Shown piece after piece: positions 58,601 through 64,000 of a DNA stretch of 64,000 nucleotides; positions within the stretch are counted from its first letter, which is position 1; the number at the start of each line of letters is the position of its first letter. The notes under the pieces were generated by a model. That model ran no database searches. It was not told the DNA's origin and saw nothing but the letters and a program-made list of their open reading frames with translations. Location: contig JAMPHU010000010.1 of assembly GCA_023663225.1 (NCBI GenBank), positions 1,513-65,512 of the forward strand. The letters run 5' to 3'. This DNA comes from Candidatus Gastranaerophilales bacterium (GTDB taxonomy: Bacteria > Bacillota > Clostridia > Lachnospirales > Lachnospiraceae). The position numbers were made by a program, and so were the translations under genes.

Positions 58601-61600
58601 ACAGAGCGGAAGGCGACAAGGGCTTCAAGGAATTTGTGAAGGTCGCTGAAGTGACGAGCGGAACAAGCTACACGGATGAAAGCGTACAGACGAATATCCC
58701 TTATTATTATAAGGTGACCGCAGTGAACGCAGGCGGCGAGGGCAAAGAGTCCGATGTCTGCAAGACTCCTGTCACGGGCAGCTTTGTCACAGGCGGCAGG
58801 GAGAAATATACAGACAGAGCGCTGGTGGCGGTCAATCTCTCAGGCGGCAAAGGTGCTACGACGCTGATAAGCGCGACAGGCCCCGACGGTCAGGAATTGA
58901 CCAGCGGCGTATACTTAAGCTGGAGAGCGTTTGAGGCGGATATGGCTGACAACAGTCAGTTGAGCACTACCTTTGACGTATATCGTGACGGCGCAGTGAT
59001 CGCCAGCGGCATCAAAGTGACCAATATGGTCGATGAAGGCGGTACTGCAAGCAGTGTCTATAAAGTAGTGGGCAGCAATGACAGTGCGATCGGAGTTCAC
59101 AGTGTGGACACCAAGTGCTGGGCGAACCAGTATTTGGAATTGAGTCTGTTCAAGCCCGCTGATGAGACCATGCCTGACAATACATCCTGTACTTTCTCCG
59201 CCAACGATATGTCTGTGGGCGACTTGGACGGCGACGGCGATCTGGAGCTGATCGTGAAGTGGTATCCTTCCAATGCCAAGGACAATTCCGGCAGCGGCTA
59301 TACGGGCAATACCTATCTGGACGGCTATGATGTGAACTGGGCCACCGGAGAAGTAGGACTGTTATGGAGAATCAATCTGGGCGTCAACATCCGTTCCGGC
59401 GCGCACTATACCCAGTTCCAGGTATGGGATTACGACGGGGACAGGAAAGCCGAGATCGCCATCAAGACCGGCGACGGCACGACCTCCTACAAGAGCACGG
59501 ACGGCACGGCAAATAATCTGGTGATGAATGGCTATGTAGGCGAAGCAAGCGATCAGGAGTTGACCATCTCCGAGAACCATGGGGCAGCAAAGTATGATTA
59601 CCGTGAGACAAGCGGTTATGTCATTCCAGCGGAAGGACATGAATACTTCTCCATCTTCAACGGCGAGGACGGCACGAAGGCAGCGGAGGATGTGCCTTAT
59701 GAGCCTTTCGGCGGCAATGCCACCTCTTGGGGAGACAATTCTGACGGATACAGGAACCGTATCGACAGATTCCTCTCCGGCACGGCTTACTTAGACGGCG
59801 AGACGCCTTTCGCGGTGTTCTGCAGAGGCTACTACACCAGGACCTGCATGACGGCGTACTATATGAAGGATACGGACGGCGACCGTGTAGGCGATACGAT
59901 TGAGGTTTACTGGAAGTTCGATACCAAGGAGGCCGGTTCTCAGTACGAGGCACAGGGCAACCATGGCTTGAGCATCAATGACGTGGACAATGACGGAAAG
60001 GACGAGATCATCTACGGTTCCCTGACTGTTGACCACGATGGTACTGTGAAGTACTCCACCGGATTAGGACACGGCGACGCTATGCACGTATCCGACTGGA
60101 TCCCTCAGAATCCGGGTCTGGAGATTATGGATGTGCATGAGCATGACGACGCGACTTACCATGTGGAAGTACATGACGCGGAGACAGGCGAGATCCTGAT
60201 GGGTTACTGGACAGGCCGCGACACCGGACGTGGTGTGGCTGCGGACATCGACCCCACCTCTGTGGGCGCTGAGTGGTGGTCTATCGCAAGTCCTACTTGG
60301 ACGCCGGAAGGCGACGAGGATGAACCTGCATGGAATTCCACCAGAGGAATCGTTTATGCGGCATCATCCGGTGTGGGAGTGTCGAATCTGGTTGCGCTCT
60401 CCCATGATAAGACACCCGCTGCCAACTTCTCCATCTTCTGGGACGGAGATCTGTTGAGCGAAGTGTTGGATCACAACTTTAACACGGAGAATGGCGCTTA
60501 TGATCCCGTTGGCGTTACCATTTCCAAGTGGGATTGGGAGAATGAAAAGCAGGATACTCTGCTGTACTCCGAAGAAATCTGGTCCAACAATGGCACCAAG
60601 GGCAATGTCGGCCTTGCGGCGGATATCCTGGGCGACTGGCGTGAGGAGATCATCACCAGAACCTCCGGCGATGCCAGCAAAGTGCGCATTTACACGACCA
60701 CCATTCAGACCGACTATGTAGTGCCCTGCCTGCTTGAGGACCTTGCTTACAGAGAGGGCGTGGCATGGCAGAACGTAGGCTACAACCAGCCCGCAAACTT
60801 AAGCTACTTGCTGTCCGAAGGTCTTGTGACCTCACAGTTGTCCGAGGGCGAAGTGGAGGCTGAAAGCGCGGAAGTGCTCTTCACAGAGGCAAGTGACGGT
60901 ACCTACGGCCATGAGATCACCGGCTATGAGATTTACCGGAAATTGGCGGGCAGTGACGGCGACTATGAGAAGATCGATACACTGACGCTGGATCAACTGA
61001 TCGAGAGCAGCGGCGGTGGCAATGGCAATGGCGGAAGTACGGAGCCTGAGCCTCCGAAGGACGAGGTTTTGTTTGAGGAAGACTTTGAAGGAACCAGCCA
61101 TTCCTTTAAGTTGAATACAGAGAGTTATAGTACTCATGAGTATTGGGAGAAGGATACCTCTACAGTAAATACTAATCCAAGTGACCATGTTTATGGTGTT
61201 GGTGCCAGAGGAGGAGATACTGGAACCCAGCTTGCGACAGCATTGGGAATCAGTGAAAATGTAACAGTAGAATTTGATATTAAGATGGATGGGTGTGTTC
61301 AAGATAAGAGTTCCAATTTCTCTTTAACAGGAGCTAAAAATACGGATAACTGGCTTAGCACTACCTCACAGATTTTGACCATAACTGCATCAGCCAATGG
61401 AAATGGATATTGGAATACTATTACTGTTAATGGTCAGGATATTACAGCAAAGGCAAAGGTAAGTAATGGAACGAATAATGGAGAGTCTTCCGGAAAGGGC
61501 GGACAGTTAAGGGATACCACTGGTTGGCTGCGAGTCGTTGCGGCGCTTAACTTTGAGACCCAGAAGATCGACCTTACCATTACCCGTATATCAGACAATA

Positions 61601-64000
61601 GTGAGGTATATAAGGGCGAGGTAAACTTTGTCAATACAGTGAGCTCCTTGGAATACATCTATATGGCGGGAGCAAAGAATTATGGCGGAGTATTTACTGA
61701 TAATATTCGCATTGTGAAAAAGGCAGAAGTTCCGGAGCCCGATGAGAAGGATCCATCCGAGGAAGAAGTCATAATCAAGAAAGAACTCCTTTTTGAGGAA
61801 GACTTTGAAGGAACCAGCCATTCCTTTAAGTTGAATACAGAGAGTTATAGTACTCATGAGTATTGGGAGAAGGATACCTCTACAGTAAATACTAATCCAA
61901 GTGACCATGTTTATGGTGTTGGTGCCAGAGGAGGAGATACTGGAACCCAGCTTGCGACAGCATTGGGAATCAGTGAAAATGTAACAGTAGAATTTGATAT
62001 TAAGATGGATGGGTGTGTTCAAGATAAGAGTTCCAATTTCTCTTTAACAGGAGCTAAAAATACGGATAACTGGCTTAGCACTACCTCACAGATTTTGACC
62101 ATAACTGCATCAGCCAATGGAAATGGATATTGGAATACTATTACTGTTAATGGTCAGGATATTACAGCAAAGGCAAAGGTAAGTAATGGAACGAATAATG
62201 GAGAGTCTTCCGGAAAGGGCGGACAGTTAAGGGATACCACTGGTTGGCTGCGAGTCGTTGCGGCGCTTAACTTTGAGACCCAGAAGATCGACCTTACCAT
62301 TACCCGTATATCAGACAATAGTGAGGTATATAAGGGCGAGGTAAACTTTGTCAATACAGTGAGCTCCTTGGAATACATCTATATGGCGGGAGCAAAGAAT
62401 TATGGCGGAGTATTTACCGACAACATTGAAATCTACAAAAAAGTGGAAGTAAAGGTTCCTAGCGGAGACGACAACAATCCTTCTTCCAACACAAAGACCT
62501 ATGTCTACACCGACACGAAGGACCTTACGCCTGCAACCACATATTCCTACAAGGTTGCGGCGATTGTAGACGGTAAGACTTCCTTTATGTCGAGACCTCT
62601 TGAGATTGAGACGGCGGATAAGGTCACAGATGTGCCTGCGTTAGATCCCGTCACAATTTATGAGAAGACTCCTGTGGAAGACGGCAAGACGGCGGCAAGC
62701 TTGTTGCCTCAGACGGTAACGGTCACGACCGAGGACGGGACAAAGGAGAACAAGATCACCTGGGACATCACCGGACTGGATATCAATAAGGTGGGTGTGT
62801 ACAATGTGACAGGTAAGATCAAGGGCTGGCCAACTCCCATACCTCTGACAGTGAACGTACTTGAGAATGCTGTAAAAGGCTATGTGGACTTTGAGGACAT
62901 CACCATTGTAGTCGGACACGGAGATATGCTGAAGCTGCCTGAGAATGTAGAGGTCGAGTGGATGAATACCACCAAGACCAAGGTGGTCATTACATGGGAT
63001 ACGTCTGGTCTGGATACCGATACCATCGGCGATTATACGCTGCAGGGCGCAGTGAAGAACAGCGAGGATAAGCGACCTATTGTGGTACATGTGGTAGAGA
63101 ATTATATCACATCTGTTCCCAAGGCGTATGGCGAAGTGATCTATATGTCCACGGATGTGGCGGCACAGATCCCCGCTACGATTCCCGCTAATTACGCGGC
63201 AGGAGATCAGCAGGAAGTCTCTGTGACATGGGATGCCGACAGTGTCAGCGCGATCAACTCCGGTGAGATCGGAACTTACTCCATCACAGGTACTGTGGAT
63301 GGTTACGAAGGAGAAGTGACGGCTGACATCAAGGTGGTCTACAGGCCGGTATATCGGTTTGACTTTGGTATTAACGCGAATGAAGCAGCGGAAGACTGGA
63401 CAGCAGTTACCGTGAATGTCAAGGATGGCAAGCAAACGGCAAATGATCTTGGAATTGCTTATAGCACAGAAAAAGGCTATGGTTTCCAGAGCGGTACAGC
63501 GATCATAGAGGGAAGATCGGAGAGCTATAATCATGCGGGAGTCCTTCCCAAGCTGGTCTACAAGGATTTCGTGATTCCCGATGGACAAACATTTGTAGTA
63601 GATCTGCCCAATGGCACATATGAGGTGGAAGTAGTCAGTGGTTCCTACTATAATAGCAACGTGAAGGGAAGCGTGGAAGGTGTTGCGTTCAGTATCGGCA
63701 ATTCGGCGGAATCTTATGCTGTTTACACGGCAAACGTAAAGATGTCGGATGGACAGTTGACCTGTGAGTTTAACAGCGGCAATACTTCCCGAATGGATGC
63801 GATCATTGTGCGCCTGGTAGAGGCGGACAAGACGGCGCTGAAAGCGGCTATTGACGGCGCGGATGTTCTGGTGGGCAGCGAGGATCGCTATCAGCCGGAG
63901 GCATGGCCTGCATTTATAGAGGCTCTGGAGGCTGCAAAGGAAGTATACGATGCGGTATATCCGAGTTGTGAGGAAGTCAATGACGCTACACAGGCATTGA
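55669..64000 (+). CDS. Giant secreted multi-domain rhamnogalacturonan-degrading enzyme: CE12 SGNH acetylesterase + FN3/CBM-like modules + PL11 lyase + duplicated lectin-like modules + Ig-like repeats (3' end outside the window)
   Basis: The frame is open from ATG 55669 to the window end (not in the ORF track because there is no stop). Signal peptide. SGNH blocks IYLASDSTVQTY / GGRSS / QWGHND / DSTH resemble RhgT. VGDLDGDGDLELIVKW..LWRINLGVNIRSGAHYTQFQVWDYDGDRKAEIAIKTGDGT closely resembles B. subtilis YesW/YesX (PL11). Confidence 0.85.
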   Translation, partial: MKGWTKRSSSRSRAMALTLSAAMLASNILGGQYVYAVEGDSVTMDPGGTVSGSDVVTTDPEGAVPGTDAVTPDPEGTGSGSDVVAAGPEETVSGSDANVNPGGVLQAQPMKSVSDSNQSLFTTGGDYTDFLTDEKVADLNFGTDVTTSNAYEDGKGGFSDITWQEAKGWVGSIYYPRESSKTPGVTYVADAAGSLAIKSKVWTETESTGYGVFTYEETAEYDIPVDNADFKVAVTLVNPGSTEYTAYLEAEDITRVTDITVAPNASVTKEFNASVVDGSLSLKFLGKSDATSADAAAEQTVYVANVTATRLATNAPGAKPTIYLASDSTVQTYEDVYDPQTGWGETLAMFFGGDVEERPASDCTYGQARVYEAANVIVENRAIGGRSSKSFIDEGKLDDLLEDIRPGDYLFVQWGHNDATSSRPNRYVSPEDFKIWIQYYVDGALQRGATPVLVTPVARYSYDEKSGSFVGNFEAYGDVMRSMAQEQGLALIDLTARSLAVCNNFGKDGARSLFLMVEAGEYPNGNYAGGANDSTHLQWYGAYKFSQCVAQGIQESDKLTDLAEKVVMSIPETAPGAVTELKSGTVGASSVSMSWNEATGAELYYIYRQELADGATADSVDFSSADKYSVSVKASYTDSKCEAGKTYVYAVRAFNEKGLGEISNKITVTTKEAGWKFDFNYNNSPTLAGWIGINQNFAYDAKLGYGFTKAPGDGRNRGKDTGCADATGPLGDMGIDFVLGESIFELDVPNGDYEITGYGGDMLKPDASTISSRFTAEGVSIGGTSSKGAIGSFTATVRVEDGKLTIGNSGYMMGLTVTEILKAPSALAVREASVKGSNYEFSLGFVGVDEAVKYNVYRKGTTDKEFALIKSFTVEQYKEDELGCQQQNVLLGDTYEYYMTCVTADGTESARSAIYTVKAVLDGVPAPAAPENVRCTSPTEDVEELQRFVTIEWDAVPAVTGEDNKQYSVIRYNIYRSDRAEGDKGFKEFVKVAEVTSGTSYTDESVQTNIPYYYKVTAVNAGGEGKESDVCKTPVTGSFVTGGREKYTDRALVAVNLSGGKGATTLISATGPDGQELTSGVYLSWRAFEADMADNSQLSTTFDVYRDGAVIASGIKVTNMVDEGGTASSVYKVVGSNDSAIGVHSVDTKCWANQYLELSLFKPADETMPDNTSCTFSANDMSVGDLDGDGDLELIVKWYPSNAKDNSGSGYTGNTYLDGYDVNWATGEVGLLWRINLGVNIRSGAHYTQFQVWDYDGDRKAEIAIKTGDGTTSYKSTDGTANNLVMNGYVGEASDQELTISENHGAAKYDYRETSGYVIPAEGHEYFSIFNGEDGTKAAEDVPYEPFGGNATSWGDNSDGYRNRIDRFLSGTAYLDGETPFAVFCRGYYTRTCMTAYYMKDTDGDRVGDTIEVYWKFDTKEAGSQYEAQGNHGLSINDVDNDGKDEIIYGSLTVDHDGTVKYSTGLGHGDAMHVSDWIPQNPGLEIMDVHEHDDATYHVEVHDAETGEILMGYWTGRDTGRGVAADIDPTSVGAEWWSIASPTWTPEGDEDEPAWNSTRGIVYAASSGVGVSNLVALSHDKTPAANFSIFWDGDLLSEVLDHNFNTENGAYDPVGVTISKWDWENEKQDTLLYSEEIWSNNGTKGNVGLAADILGDWREEIITRTSGDASKVRIYTTTIQTDYVVPCLLEDLAYREGVAWQNVGYNQPANLSYLLSEGLVTSQLSEGEVEAESAEVLFTEASDGTYGHEITGYEIYRKLAGSDGDYEKIDTLTLDQLIESSGGGNGNGGSTEPEPPKDEVLFEEDFEGTSHSFKLNTESYSTHEYWEKDTSTVNTNPSDHVYGVGARGGDTGTQLATALGISENVTVEFDIKMDGCVQDKSSNFSLTGAKNTDNWLSTTSQILTITASANGNGYWNTITVNGQDITAKAKVSNGTNNGESSGKGGQLRDTTGWLRVVAALNFETQKIDLTITRISDNSEVYKGEVNFVNTVSSLEYIYMAGAKNYGGVFTDNIRIVKKAEVPEPDEKDPSEEEVIIKKELLFEEDFEGTSHSFKLNTESYSTHEYWEKDTSTVNTNPSDHVYGVGARGGDTGTQLATALGISENVTVEFDIKMDGCVQDKSSNFSLTGAKNTDNWLSTTSQILTITASANGNGYWNTITVNGQDITAKAKVSNGTNNGESSGKGGQLRDTTGWLRVVAALNFETQKIDLTITRISDNSEVYKGEVNFVNTVSSLEYIYMAGAKNYGGVFTDNIEIYKKVEVKVPSGDDNNPSSNTKTYVYTDTKDLTPATTYSYKVAAIVDGKTSFMSRPLEIETADKVTDVPALDPVTIYEKTPVEDGKTAASLLPQTVTVTTEDGTKENKITWDITGLDINKVGVYNVTGKIKGWPTPIPLTVNVLENAVKGYVDFEDITIVVGHGDMLKLPENVEVEWMNTTKTKVVITWDTSGLDTDTIGDYTLQGAVKNSEDKRPIVVHVVENYITSVPKAYGEVIYMSTDVAAQIPATIPANYAAGDQQEVSVTWDADSVSAINSGEIGTYSITGTVDGYEGEVTADIKVVYRPVYRFDFGINANEAAEDWTAVTVNVKDGKQTANDLGIAYSTEKGYGFQSGTAIIEGRSESYNHAGVLPKLVYKDFVIPDGQTFVVDLPNGTYEVEVVSGSYYNSNVKGSVEGVAFSIGNSAESYAVYTANVKMSDGQLTCEFNSGNTSRMDAIIVRLVEADKTALKAAIDGADVLVGSEDRYQPEAWPAFIEALEAAKEVYDAVYPSCEEVNDATQAL
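55792..55959 (+). repeat. Four tandem 42-nt coding repeats (VT.DPEG.V.G.D.) after the signal peptide
   Basis: GTGACCNNGGATCCGGAGGGANCTGTTNCCGGANCNGATGNC read four times in phase. Confidence 0.85.
61072..62417 (+). repeat. Perfect tandem duplication: 626 bp identical at 720-bp period (61072-61697 and 61792-62417), in frame
   Basis: Line-by-line comparison of 61081-61697 with 61801-62417 shows no mismatch. Sampled lines are 35-38% GC, versus 57% in flanking line 60901. Confidence 0.95.

Noticed and set aside
60832-62378. Duplicated minus-strand ORFs (156/143 aa and two identical 74-aa ORFs)
   Set aside because: Their duplication simply mirrors the 720-bp tandem repeat. They lie antisense to the continuous plus-strand giant ORF and have no start signals.

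Overview
This 64-kb window is a chromosomal segment from a Firmicutes/Clostridia genome. Gene content looks Lachnospiraceae-like, but that is inference only. From left to right it contains:
- the dnaG-sigA-trmK block, plus a TGS-like/uridine-kinase-like fusion;
- two tandem GT-C-type membrane glycosyltransferase paralogs;
- RNase P RNA (type A), followed by an unusually long compound hairpin;
- a secreted trypsin-like protease;
- a galactan utilisation locus (LplB/C/A-type ABC transporter, LacI regulator, GH53, GH35);
- a metal (probably zinc) cluster: a His/Cys-rich COG0523 GTPase, a second G3E-like GTPase fused to a CC-motif C-terminal domain, and a ZIP transporter;
- cardiolipin synthase and an MCP;
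- a ~5.5-kb AT-rich accessory island with two divergent DUF3800 genes, an orphan propeller+SBP lipoprotein and several gene remnants;
- an OmpR/HK two-component system;
- a YtrA-type GntR + ABC module;
- pyrBI and a nitroreductase;
- an AbiEi/AbiEii pair;
- a folate block (folC, folE, folP, folB-folK);
- a Gx-transporter/NusG-II pair;
- ArsR plus an Fe-S aldo/keto reductase;
- a tightly coupled five-gene operon (circularly permuted ATP-grasp, short alpha-E, transglutaminase, one active and one degenerate AstE/AspA-type deacylase);
- a CE4 deacetylase;
- the first >2,777 codons of a giant secreted rhamnogalacturonan-degrading multi-enzyme, which carries a perfect 626-bp AT-rich tandem module duplication.

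I recognised no rRNA, tRNA, CRISPR array, intact transposase or integrase. The most system-like novelty candidates are the ATP-grasp/alpha-E/transglutaminase/deacylase-pair operon, the DUF3800 island and the GTPase fusion in the metal cluster. None of these is proven from sequence alone.
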